From IMG/VR virus record IMGVR_UViG_3300008267_000014, positions 23,777 through 87,776 of that record: a stretch of DNA of 64,000 bases; one strand, written 5' to 3'. The position numbers and the translations under genes are program-made. This document shows positions 10,293 through 20,335 of the stretch, in pieces. The stretch is from a virus. Under the pieces are notes generated by a model, which made no database searches, was not told the DNA's origin, and worked only from the letters and a program-made list of their open reading frames with translations. Within the stretch, counting starts at the first letter, position 1. Each line of letters opens with the position of its first letter.

Positions 10293-12058
10293 TGGGAAAT
10301 GTAAATGATATTAGAATTGTATTAGGTAGTTTAAGATATAAATCAGCGTCAGACACTGATTCATCTATCCAACTACCTTTAGTACAAACTGTTAAAGAAA
10401 ATATTGAATTTGATAGAACAATTAATGTTGATTTAGCAGAAGTCTATGATAAAGAAAGACAAGAATCAACAATAGTTAGACCTACTTGTAAGTTTTCAGT
10501 TTTATTTAAAAATTCATATACAGGAACAACAAACTATACACCATTTAAAAATAATTTATATTACGTAAATGCGTCTAATACCGCGGCTTTACAATGTAAT
10601 AGTAATTCTAATTCTGTCTTATGGGGTGGGTTTCCACAGTATAATGAATTTGATTTTATAAGAAACGATTATAATGTTTCAGGGTATACTTTACCGCCAA
10701 ATAATCATATTGATTTTGTGGCTAAAAGTGCCTCTACCTATAATTGGAATTTTTTTATGAGTTATCCGTATAGTAATAACTTAACAAAAAAAATGAGTGC
10801 GTATAATCCTGATTATGGTGTAACATTAAATTGGGTTGCCGGTGACGGATTACCTTTTGTCATCACTAACGCATCTGAAGGTGGTAATAATATCGTTAGT
10901 CTAAAATCACCATTAAAACATGGTTTATCAATTGGTGAATATGTTAAATTAAGTATTAGTTACAATAATAATCAATATTATCAGGTTTATTCTTTGGGTG
11001 ACTTTGGAGGTAATAATAGTGATTATATTTTTAATATATTTAATTACGGTTTTACAGGGTCTACGTTTAGTGACGGTATTAATGGTACGTTTGTTCGAGT
11101 TGTTGATATAAACAATACGGGAGATACGACTTCAAAGTACTATGTTAAACAAATTAAATTGTTAACTAATGTTGATGATGCGGTTATGACTAAAGCCGGA
11201 TTTGAACAAAATATTTTTGGTGGTAGTAAAAAATTTGAAAGTAGTGGATTAACACCTAATCATATTGAAAGAGTTTCTATTAAAGAAGGTGCTCAATCAT
11301 ATACATTATCATTTAATAAGGATTTTGATATAAGTGAAATACGAGATAATCAAAAAAGACCTATAACTGAATTATTCTTTACTGTTATTTGGAAAGGGTA
11401 TTTTGGATGGACATTCGGAATACCTAATGGAATTAATTATTATGGATTGAAACAGGGTTATGAATGTAACTTACAGTTGATAAATAATTTACCAAATACA
11501 TGGTGGACTAATTCTAATTCTGATAATAGAACTAATTTCCCTATGGGTACTTATACAACACCATTAGGGACTAAACCTTTTACTTATATTAAATCACTTA
11601 AAGCTGGTGATATTATTGACGGTGAATATTGTGAATTTAATGATTTTGAGCAAACCGAAAGAGTAATTAGTCCAATATATCACAAATTCACATTTAATCC
11701 ATTTGTGTTTAATAATAAAGGAAATTTACCAAATTCTAATAATTTATTTGGGTATTATTATGAACCACATCATAAAATAACAATTAAAGAATATTCTGAA
11801 TATGTTGAAGAAGGTGATATAGATTCTGTTGATAATGTCCCTGACTATTCATACTTCTCAACCACTAAAAATTCATTTGTATGGAAAGATATTTATCCTT
11901 ACGGTTATATTGATTCTAATAATGTTGGTGTTGATTATCCATTTGTTAATGGTAAACATTACCCACATACTAATACAATTTTTAGAATAATCCCTGAAGG
12001 TACTAATTTCATAAACAATACGACTGTAGCTGAACCGACAATTGATGGATGCGAATAA
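10292..12058 (+). CDS. Putative virion structural protein (588 aa)
   Basis: TAATG stop/start coupling to the upstream gene; N/T/Y-rich beta-type composition. Confidence 0.6.
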   Translation: MGNVNDIRIVLGSLRYKSASDTDSSIQLPLVQTVKENIEFDRTINVDLAEVYDKERQESTIVRPTCKFSVLFKNSYTGTTNYTPFKNNLYYVNASNTAALQCNSNSNSVLWGGFPQYNEFDFIRNDYNVSGYTLPPNNHIDFVAKSASTYNWNFFMSYPYSNNLTKKMSAYNPDYGVTLNWVAGDGLPFVITNASEGGNNIVSLKSPLKHGLSIGEYVKLSISYNNNQYYQVYSLGDFGGNNSDYIFNIFNYGFTGSTFSDGINGTFVRVVDINNTGDTTSKYYVKQIKLLTNVDDAVMTKAGFEQNIFGGSKKFESSGLTPNHIERVSIKEGAQSYTLSFNKDFDISEIRDNQKRPITELFFTVIWKGYFGWTFGIPNGINYYGLKQGYECNLQLINNLPNTWWTNSNSDNRTNFPMGTYTTPLGTKPFTYIKSLKAGDIIDGEYCEFNDFEQTERVISPIYHKFTFNPFVFNNKGNLPNSNNLFGYYYEPHHKITIKEYSEYVEEGDIDSVDNVPDYSYFSTTKNSFVWKDIYPYGYIDSNNVGVDYPFVNGKHYPHTNTIFRIIPEGTNFINNTTVAEPTIDGCE

Positions 12059-12851
12059 TAGATATAGAATTAAATTAACTAATGATAATAATCAGTTTAT
12101 TAACATACCTTTAGAAATTAAATGGGATTTCACAGGTAGAGATGATAGTATTGAGTTATATGAAGATGAAGTTATTGGTGGAATTTTAGGAAGTCCCAAA
12201 GATTATGAAATTATGCGATTCGCACATGATTCGCATATTGGTAGTAGTAGAACTGATGTTAATTACGAGTTTAATTTTTTTGGTGGGACTAAAATAGATA
12301 TTCCTACTTCAACTATAACTGATTGGTCTTCTAGTTATCTAAAAGAAGGTTTTACCCAAACTCAAGTTTATTATTATGAAAAACCTTTTACTAAATCTTT
12401 CTTTAAATTAGATTTTTACGATACAACTGATGTTAATACACAAACAATTTATATGACTATTATAATACCTGTTCAACAAGGGTTTACTGAGAATGTGTTA
12501 ATATCGAGTTATTTGTCATCGGTTAAAATTAAAAAACCGACATTTAAATTAGATTACGTTGGTGATAAAGAAGGTTTTTTTATTTATTGGTTAAGAAAAG
12601 AAGAGATTAATGATTTAACCACTTTTTATATGAGTGCTAAATTTTTTGATGCTAGATTAGGTGTTTTTGTTAAAATGATGACAGTGCCACAATCTAACTT
12701 ACCTGATAGATTTAATTTTGACGCTAATAAGTATTTTTATTATAAACTAAAAATTAATAGAGATAATTATACTTATTCGGTGTTTGATTTAAACAATGTA
12801 AGGATTGGTGATACAAACCCCATAAAATGGTATGAATATGTTAATCCGTAA
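12045..12851 (+). CDS. Putative virion structural protein
   Basis: ATG at 12045 overlaps the upstream stop; FTKSFFKLDFYDT motif; operon context. Confidence 0.6.
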   Translation: MDANNRYRIKLTNDNNQFINIPLEIKWDFTGRDDSIELYEDEVIGGILGSPKDYEIMRFAHDSHIGSSRTDVNYEFNFFGGTKIDIPTSTITDWSSSYLKEGFTQTQVYYYEKPFTKSFFKLDFYDTTDVNTQTIYMTIIIPVQQGFTENVLISSYLSSVKIKKPTFKLDYVGDKEGFFIYWLRKEEINDLTTFYMSAKFFDARLGVFVKMMTVPQSNLPDRFNFDANKYFYYKLKINRDNYTYSVFDLNNVRIGDTNPIKWYEYVNP

Positions 12852-14035
12852 TGCAAGATAGAGTTTATAATTATAAAATTTCACCTGATGTTATTAGTAA
12901 TAAGATTTTTATTACTGATTATTATATTAATACTGAAAATAATGAAGAATTTGTTGTTTGTTGTGATGTAATTACAAGTGCAACAACTGAAACATTAACA
13001 GGTCAAACGTATGTTTATTCATCGATGACCCAAATATTGTCGGGAGGAACTAACGGGACTTCACTATTAACGGGTATGACTATACCTATCTTTTTAAGTG
13101 AGAATACTGTTGATATTGGATACTATTCAACATTTGATGGAATGGTGGTTCAGAAAGATGTAATGACCAATTTTATTTTTTCATCGAATACGTTAAATCC
13201 ATATTTGGTTCAATTGTATAATACATCTGATATTGAATTTAAAAAATATCTTTCATTTAGTGAGTATAAGATAGATTGGGGTGATAGTACACCAATTGAA
13301 ACTTTAACTGTATTTAGTCCTAATTTTTACCCACACACTTATACACAATCTGGTAATTTTAATATTGTTATGTCAGGTATAAGTCCATGGGGTGTTAATC
13401 TAATAAAAAAAACTGTTACAGTACCTTATAGTGATATTACTATTACAAATCCTAACGGTACTGCTTATTTCTATCCATCAGGAGGGTCTTGGTCAGGAAC
13501 ACCGTTAATGTATGACTATATTTTTAGCGGCGATAGCGAATGTGAAACTCAGTTACAGATAAATAACCAATTTACTTCAGTCCCTATCGTAATTACAGGA
13601 TTTACTAATTCAACCATGAACGATTTAAGTCAATATGGTAGTAAAAATAATCCTGCTTTATTTGCGGGTAAGTTTAAAATAGGTATAGAAGTAACTGCGA
13701 ATACTAATACAATAGGTACTTTTTGGGGGCCTTCAAATGATGGATTGTATACAGGGTATACTATAAATGGTATTGATTACTATGATTATAATGATGGTAC
13801 AACTATTTTTATTGCGAAATCATCAGGGTTAACATCTGATATGTTAATTTGTTCAGCAATAACTAAAAACGAAACGTTATTAAATGTAATAGACGAACCT
13901 GAAGTACAATCTAATGTCTACATAGAACGTGGGAAAACTTCGGGATTAGAATCGTTACAAAGACTTGGTGAAGTGGATAACGTGGGTGACTTAGAAAAAT
14001 ATGGATATGGTTTTTTTAATGTCACAAAAACATAA
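12851..14035 (+). CDS. Putative structural protein with a PKD-like domain
   Basis: IDWGDST...HTYTQSGNFNI matches the PKD WGDG/HTY..G.Y pattern; TAATG coupling. Confidence 0.6.
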   Translation: MQDRVYNYKISPDVISNKIFITDYYINTENNEEFVVCCDVITSATTETLTGQTYVYSSMTQILSGGTNGTSLLTGMTIPIFLSENTVDIGYYSTFDGMVVQKDVMTNFIFSSNTLNPYLVQLYNTSDIEFKKYLSFSEYKIDWGDSTPIETLTVFSPNFYPHTYTQSGNFNIVMSGISPWGVNLIKKTVTVPYSDITITNPNGTAYFYPSGGSWSGTPLMYDYIFSGDSECETQLQINNQFTSVPIVITGFTNSTMNDLSQYGSKNNPALFAGKFKIGIEVTANTNTIGTFWGPSNDGLYTGYTINGIDYYDYNDGTTIFIAKSSGLTSDMLICSAITKNETLLNVIDEPEVQSNVYIERGKTSGLESLQRLGEVDNVGDLEKYGYGFFNVTKT

Positions 14036-14079
14036 TAATGATATTTATATTTAAATAAATTAAGAAAAAAATTAACTGA

Positions 14080-14988
14080 ATGGCAACGGGAGTTTATGGA
14101 ACTATAAGACCAGCGGATGTATCACCGGCAGATGTTGATATAATATTAAATTATACACCATCTAGAGATGAAACTAATAACTTTGTAATGACTAAGTTAG
14201 ACTCTACATCGGTATTGAAGCCCTACTTTAACAATAGTAGTACAGGTGGTAATGCTAATGTTGAGATACTCGGTGGGTTATATAATTTAAAATTACCTTC
14301 AGATGTCTTCAATAAAATAGGTATCTATACAATCTATATTAGACCTGCTCAAATTAGAACTAAAATTTTGGATTGTGGTGTTTTATCCGCAATACCAAAT
14401 GTTAAAGGATTAGTTATTGATTTAAGTGAAGTACCATCACAATTTAGAAATAAATTTGTTACACAAGGATTAGTTGGTTTTAGAATTGAGTATTTAAATA
14501 CTGATGGGACTAAAATCCCTAATTTTTTCAGAATAATAACATCTTCATTTTTTTGTGAACCTGTTGTTCAAAATTTAACTAATACGTCTCAAAAGGCTAT
14601 TAGATATAGATACACCGATAATAATACTAATTTAATATTTTGTACGGTATCACCATCATCGTCACCAAGTAATAAACCTAACGCGACTCCTTTTATTGGA
14701 CAACCAAATCAAAATATCATCATTAGTAATACGTTCTTCAATCCTATTACTTTAGATATTGAAATGGCTGAACATGATTTCTCAACATTAGCTATTGCGT
14801 TGTTTGGTAATCAAACAAAATCAATGGATGACGGTATTTACACTATGTACGATAGTAATAACAATATTTATAAACAATACAACTTATACGAAATTAGAGA
14901 CCAATTTAATCATTTATTATACGAAGTTAGACAAGATAGAAATAATAACATTGACTTTAGTAAAAACTTTACAAACATCACTCAATAA
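14080..14988 (+). CDS. Putative virion structural protein (302 aa)
   Basis: Clean ORF with TATTTAT upstream (14042); coupled to the next gene. Confidence 0.6.
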   Translation: MATGVYGTIRPADVSPADVDIILNYTPSRDETNNFVMTKLDSTSVLKPYFNNSSTGGNANVEILGGLYNLKLPSDVFNKIGIYTIYIRPAQIRTKILDCGVLSAIPNVKGLVIDLSEVPSQFRNKFVTQGLVGFRIEYLNTDGTKIPNFFRIITSSFFCEPVVQNLTNTSQKAIRYRYTDNNTNLIFCTVSPSSSPSNKPNATPFIGQPNQNIIISNTFFNPITLDIEMAEHDFSTLAIALFGNQTKSMDDGIYTMYDSNNNIYKQYNLYEIRDQFNHLLYEVRQDRNNNIDFSKNFTNITQ

Positions 14989-17900
14989 TGGCTGAAAAAA
15001 AATATATTTGTCCCCCAACACCAGCAACTGGTTCAGGTACATTTTCTGACGATTTAGTCGGTTTTCAGTTAGTGCAAGGTGGTGGGTTAACTCAAGGTAA
15101 TTTTACGTTTAATACGGCTATTACTGAAAAAAGTAATAGAACTTTTAATACGGGTACTTTTTCAGACCCGATTAATTTAGATTCGTTAGGTATTGAAAGT
15201 GTTCAACAATCTAAACAGATTTTTGAAAATAATTTTAAAGTCTATCCTAATTTTGATTTAAGTCAAATTACTAATTTTACATTATATGGTTCATTACAAA
15301 AACGATTTTCAGTATCTGTTCAGAAAATAATTAATTATTTTCCAGCATCTATTGAATCTACTTTTTTGGGTATTAATTATAGTACAGGTGCAACGGCTAC
15401 TAATATTAGTTATAATCCTATAACAGATACTACGGTTTTTGATTTAGATTGTTCTAGACTTCGTAATCAATTTGATGTTGATTTTACTGTTAACGCAACT
15501 AGAAATTTAGAACTTAGAGAAATTAGTGTTTCACCATTAAGGAATTTAACTGTTGAATACGCTAAATATTCATTGTTTTTTAAATCTAACGAATATAGTG
15601 TATCGTATATAATACCTACAACTTCATTAGTTGATGGTACTTTAACTATTTCAGTAATAGGTAATCCTTTTTCGGGTAATACAGAATCTTTTGATAACTT
15701 GTTAATTAGACCTAACGATTATGAAGTTAATCGAGTATTCAACGAAGAGTTTGATGAAGTTGAAAAATTTCTATTAAATAGAAATGTTAACCCTAAATAT
15801 ACGGCAACATTTAGTGTACCTAAAGAAAGTGATGATGGTACTTATTATAGTATTAATCAAAATATTACTTGGCCTTTAAATGGGTCTTGGAATATTGATA
15901 TTATTTCTTCGCAATTTACAAATTATTTAACTGATTTGAATACTATTGCGGAATCTTTAGATTCATATAAAACGAATTTAATTTCAAGATTTTTAACGAC
16001 AGATGCGATTAAAGATTTTGATACTATTGACCAAAAAGTTGAAAAATCATTACAAATTTATGGTAGAAGTTTTGATGAAACTAAAAAGTTCATAGATGCT
16101 TTGGCATATATGAATTCGGTTAATTATAATGTGGGTAATGACATACCGTCCCAATTATTAAAAAATTTAGCTCAAACATTAGGGTGGAAAACAAATATGT
16201 CACCTATTACCAATGAAGATTTTTTAGCGTCAGTTTTTGGTCAAAAGGTAACTGAAAAGTCACAATTTACCGGTATTTCCACACCATCAACACCTGATGA
16301 ATTAAATTATCAATATTTTAGAAATTTAATTTTAAATTCGGCATATCTCTTTAAATCTAAAGGAACTAGAAAATCTGTAGAAAATCTAATGAGATTAATT
16401 GGTGCTCCTGATGCCTTAGTTGATTTCAATGAGTATGTGTATTTAGCTGACCAAGCAATTAATCTTAATCAATTTAATAGTCAATTTGGACAAATTTCAG
16501 GTGGAACTTATTTAATAGAGTTACCTGTTTTAGACCAAAATGACGTATATACCTTCCAAGGAGTTTCTTATACAGGATTCACAACAAGTTCAATTATTAA
16601 AGATGTTAATATTGGTAGAGATGAATATCCTATGGATGATAACGGTTTTCCTAGAGCACCGTTGGATAGTGAAGAATATTATTTTCAAATAGGTTCAGGG
16701 TGGTTTGAACAAACGCCTGAACATAGAGCACCTGAAAGTGTTAATTTAACTAATAGTGTGTTCACAGGTTCAAATCCTGATTTCCAAACCGAGTTAATAC
16801 CATATACCTATGGTCAAGATTATTTAACTCCGTTTAGAGATTTTCCATTTATGGATTTAGGGTATAACCTAAATAAGAGTGTTGATAACAATAAAAGTTG
16901 GGTTGTTAATGAAACAGGATTAAGAAGTAATCTTGATGGAGGTTATAATGCTAGATATTATACTAGTGATGAAAGATTAGTTTTGAATGTTAAAAATATC
17001 GATTTATTTTTAAATCCTTCACAAGGTTTATTGTATGATGTTTGGTACATGTCGAGAGAATATAACTTCCCGATACCTGATGAAGGGTTAAATTATACCC
17101 CCTCAACGTATTGTAATCCAATACCTAGTGGTTATATGAAAATGGGTGTTAATCAATTTAGTACTACGTTTCCGAATGTACCATACCCACAAAAAGGGGG
17201 TGTTGATTGGACTGAAATCAATCCTAAACCTAAACAACAAACATTTTTTGAGTTCGCACAGACATTTTGGTCTAATATGATTAATGTTCGTAATAGACAG
17301 TATTCTTCAGGTGGTTATCCTACTTTAGAATCTATTTATTGGAAATATTTAGAATCTGAGAATTTCATTAATCAACCAAATGATAATTTCACATATAAAA
17401 CAATGATTGATTATGTGAATGGTCTTGGTGATTATTGGGTTAGATTAGTTGAACAAATGATGCCGGCATCGACATTATTTAATTCAGGTGTAAGATACGA
17501 GAATTCAATTTTCCATAGACAAAAATTTGCATGGAGAAGACAAAGAGGTTGTGAAATTATTCCTGTTCCTTGTGGTCCTTGTACATTATCGGGTAATTTA
17601 TATACTGTTGATTGTCCGACTCAAAGTGTTGAATGTTCATTGTATCCATGGAATGATAATCCGGCAATACAATCATTTTCAGCTATATTAGGTAATGTTA
17701 TTAATTCATATGTCGGCTCAATTGGGACTAACATTAATAGTTGTAACTTAAATAGTATAACATCTGAATGGTTTGTTGACATTAGATTAAATGATGTTAC
17801 AGTTGTTAGTAAATCGTTTTTTAACGGAGTTGGTTTATCTGTACCCGCATTAAGTTCACCAAGTAATGTTGATTGGCTAAATGCCGTTATAGAATCCTTA

Positions 17901-18044
17901 GATGAATTTAAAAATTATGGGTATGATTATGAAATAATTGAAAATGAAACTATTTTAATATATAACACATTATGTTCAGAATCAGATGAAGGTGTTTCAT
18001 TCAAACTAAATGTTGGAATAAATTTTAATATAACTTGTAATTAA
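14988..18044 (+). CDS. Baseplate protein with a gp7/P2-gpI-like segment (1018 aa)
   Basis: LLKNLAQTLGW...RNLILNSAYLFKSKGTRKSVENLMRLIG resembles the Tail_P2_I/gp7 'KGT..s...l' motif. Confidence 0.65.
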   Translation: MAEKKYICPPTPATGSGTFSDDLVGFQLVQGGGLTQGNFTFNTAITEKSNRTFNTGTFSDPINLDSLGIESVQQSKQIFENNFKVYPNFDLSQITNFTLYGSLQKRFSVSVQKIINYFPASIESTFLGINYSTGATATNISYNPITDTTVFDLDCSRLRNQFDVDFTVNATRNLELREISVSPLRNLTVEYAKYSLFFKSNEYSVSYIIPTTSLVDGTLTISVIGNPFSGNTESFDNLLIRPNDYEVNRVFNEEFDEVEKFLLNRNVNPKYTATFSVPKESDDGTYYSINQNITWPLNGSWNIDIISSQFTNYLTDLNTIAESLDSYKTNLISRFLTTDAIKDFDTIDQKVEKSLQIYGRSFDETKKFIDALAYMNSVNYNVGNDIPSQLLKNLAQTLGWKTNMSPITNEDFLASVFGQKVTEKSQFTGISTPSTPDELNYQYFRNLILNSAYLFKSKGTRKSVENLMRLIGAPDALVDFNEYVYLADQAINLNQFNSQFGQISGGTYLIELPVLDQNDVYTFQGVSYTGFTTSSIIKDVNIGRDEYPMDDNGFPRAPLDSEEYYFQIGSGWFEQTPEHRAPESVNLTNSVFTGSNPDFQTELIPYTYGQDYLTPFRDFPFMDLGYNLNKSVDNNKSWVVNETGLRSNLDGGYNARYYTSDERLVLNVKNIDLFLNPSQGLLYDVWYMSREYNFPIPDEGLNYTPSTYCNPIPSGYMKMGVNQFSTTFPNVPYPQKGGVDWTEINPKPKQQTFFEFAQTFWSNMINVRNRQYSSGGYPTLESIYWKYLESENFINQPNDNFTYKTMIDYVNGLGDYWVRLVEQMMPASTLFNSGVRYENSIFHRQKFAWRRQRGCEIIPVPCGPCTLSGNLYTVDCPTQSVECSLYPWNDNPAIQSFSAILGNVINSYVGSIGTNINSCNLNSITSEWFVDIRLNDVTVVSKSFFNGVGLSVPALSSPSNVDWLNAVIESLDEFKNYGYDYEIIENETILIYNTLCSESDEGVSFKLNVGINFNITCN

Positions 18045-20278
18045 TGTCTTGTTTACTATCATATAACTTAATCGGAATAACCGGTGATTGTACAAATCAA
18101 AGTTTAGGTTCGTTTGAAATTGAAATTTTCGGTGATGCTCCTGATTTTACGATACAATGGTTATCACCCATCACTAGTACTATACCATTAGGTGAAGGTG
18201 CTACCATTTATAACGTCGAAAATCTAAGCTCAGGAACGTATGTTTTTAATATTATTGACAGTTGTTCTCCAACTAACACAACAGTGCCCGTTTCAATCTA
18301 TATTTCTAGTGGAACTTGTTGCACTATATCTGAAATACAAAATACTTTATGTAATCAAAATAATGGGTCTTTAACTGCCACCACAACATATGATTATGGT
18401 GAAAGTTCATTTTACTTATATCATAATACTTTAGGTTATATAACATCAGGTGTTACCGATGTTAATTTACCAACGAACTCTACTGTATTCACTAGCTTAA
18501 GTGCTGGTACTTATTATGTTATTGTCGATGATGGGGGTGGATGTACAGGAACAACAGAAAGTGTTGTTATACAACCATCAGATAGTCTTGATTTTGGATT
18601 TTTCATAGTTAACGATGCGGGGTGTGCGGTCAACTCAGGTAAAATATTTGTTACAGGTTTAACAGGTAATCCTCCATATACTTATTTATGGACTAATGGT
18701 GAAACTACTGATTCAATAACGGGATTAACTGCCGGTGCTTACGGTGTTACAATCACCGATAGTTCAGGTTGTGAGGTTAGTAAAGATACATATGTGGTAC
18801 AAGTACCACCGATGGGTCAATCGGGTATATTAGTTACACAACCATCTTGTTTTACAAGTAATGGTTCTGCAACTATCTATATTTCTGGTGGTACATCACC
18901 ATTTTATTATTCGGGTTCTAATGGAACTATAATTGTAGATTTCAGTAATATTGTAGTCTTTGATAATTTACCGGCAGGAACATTTAACTATTATGTCCAA
19001 GATTCGGGTTTATGTAAATATTATGGTAGTGTTAGTTTAATAACCCCATTGAGTTTTAATATTGTTTCTGTAATAAAAACTAATTCAAGTTGTAGTAATG
19101 ATGCGGGAACTATTAATGTTCAGGTATCTTCAGGAACACCACCATATACATTCTCATTAACATATCCAAATTCTTCGGTTAATACCACAACAACAACATT
19201 TGGTAATTATACCTTTAATAATTTAGCTTCGGGCGAATATACATTATCAATTACTGATGCTGGTGAATGTGAGTACACTGAAACAGTTATAATTGAAAAT
19301 GAGGTTTTATTTTATCTTGATATTCAAACTACGGGAACTACTTGTAACATATCTAATGGTTCGATAAGTGTTGAAGTTTCAGGGGGTACAGGTCCTTATT
19401 TATATGAGATTGATGGTGATATTTTTCAGTCTAATGAAACAACGTTAAGTTCTCAAACATTTAATAATATTTCATCTGGTAATTATTTGGTGTCAGTTAC
19501 GGACAATAGTGTTCCTTGTAAACAAACGTTTCCTATTTTTGTTCCATCATCAAATAGTGTTGATTTTATTACAACTAGTTCTAATCCTACAGGTATTAAT
19601 AATGGTGTTATTACAACTCTAATAATTGATGGTGAACCACCATTTACGTTAGAGTGGAGTTCTAATGTTAATGGACAAACAGGTATGACCGTTACTAATT
19701 TATCGGCAGGTACTTATACCATTAAAATAACTGATGATAACGGATGTGTTAAAGAAAAAACAGTTATACTACAAGGTAGTAATACGTCAAGTAATTATTC
19801 TATTTATAATGTTTGTGAGAGTATTTTTCAAAATACCGTTGTTAATCTTCAGAAAAAGGCTCTTAATATGTTACTTGAAGGTTTTAATGATTTAACCTCA
19901 AATGAAGAAAATTGTATTCTAAATCAAGCTATTTTTGATGCATCTGTTACTATTAATGGTGTTACAAATAGACAATCTTTTTATACTGGTAGTACATTAA
20001 GTGATGTGCCGACAGATACTATGTGGGGTGACGCTATCATTGAATTAATAACGTCATATGATGGTATTACAGATGTTTTTATCGATTACAATAATAATGA
20101 CGTTTCGGTTATAGCTGAATGTGATTTATCTGAGGCTAAAGTTTCGGTTAATATGGTAATTCGTTATGATATATCATGTTCTACTTGTAATGATTGTCCT
20201 GAATGTGGAAGTAAACAATTTCAAGACTTTGAATGTTTTGATTTCATGGATTATGTTCCTTATGATTTTATGGGTTAA
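18044..20278 (+). CDS. Virion protein with tandem SprB-type Ig-like repeats
   Basis: Repeated units C...nGsi.v.v.gG.pPYty.....t...LsaGtY.vtitD..gC (about 7). Confidence 0.75.
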   Translation: MSCLLSYNLIGITGDCTNQSLGSFEIEIFGDAPDFTIQWLSPITSTIPLGEGATIYNVENLSSGTYVFNIIDSCSPTNTTVPVSIYISSGTCCTISEIQNTLCNQNNGSLTATTTYDYGESSFYLYHNTLGYITSGVTDVNLPTNSTVFTSLSAGTYYVIVDDGGGCTGTTESVVIQPSDSLDFGFFIVNDAGCAVNSGKIFVTGLTGNPPYTYLWTNGETTDSITGLTAGAYGVTITDSSGCEVSKDTYVVQVPPMGQSGILVTQPSCFTSNGSATIYISGGTSPFYYSGSNGTIIVDFSNIVVFDNLPAGTFNYYVQDSGLCKYYGSVSLITPLSFNIVSVIKTNSSCSNDAGTINVQVSSGTPPYTFSLTYPNSSVNTTTTTFGNYTFNNLASGEYTLSITDAGECEYTETVIIENEVLFYLDIQTTGTTCNISNGSISVEVSGGTGPYLYEIDGDIFQSNETTLSSQTFNNISSGNYLVSVTDNSVPCKQTFPIFVPSSNSVDFITTSSNPTGINNGVITTLIIDGEPPFTLEWSSNVNGQTGMTVTNLSAGTYTIKITDDNGCVKEKTVILQGSNTSSNYSIYNVCESIFQNTVVNLQKKALNMLLEGFNDLTSNEENCILNQAIFDASVTINGVTNRQSFYTGSTLSDVPTDTMWGDAIIELITSYDGITDVFIDYNNNDVSVIAECDLSEAKVSVNMVIRYDISCSTCNDCPECGSKQFQDFECFDFMDYVPYDFMG

Positions 20279-20335
20279 ATATGAATTTTAACTAATCATT
20301 TAATAATATAGTGATATTTATTGTAAAACTTTATT

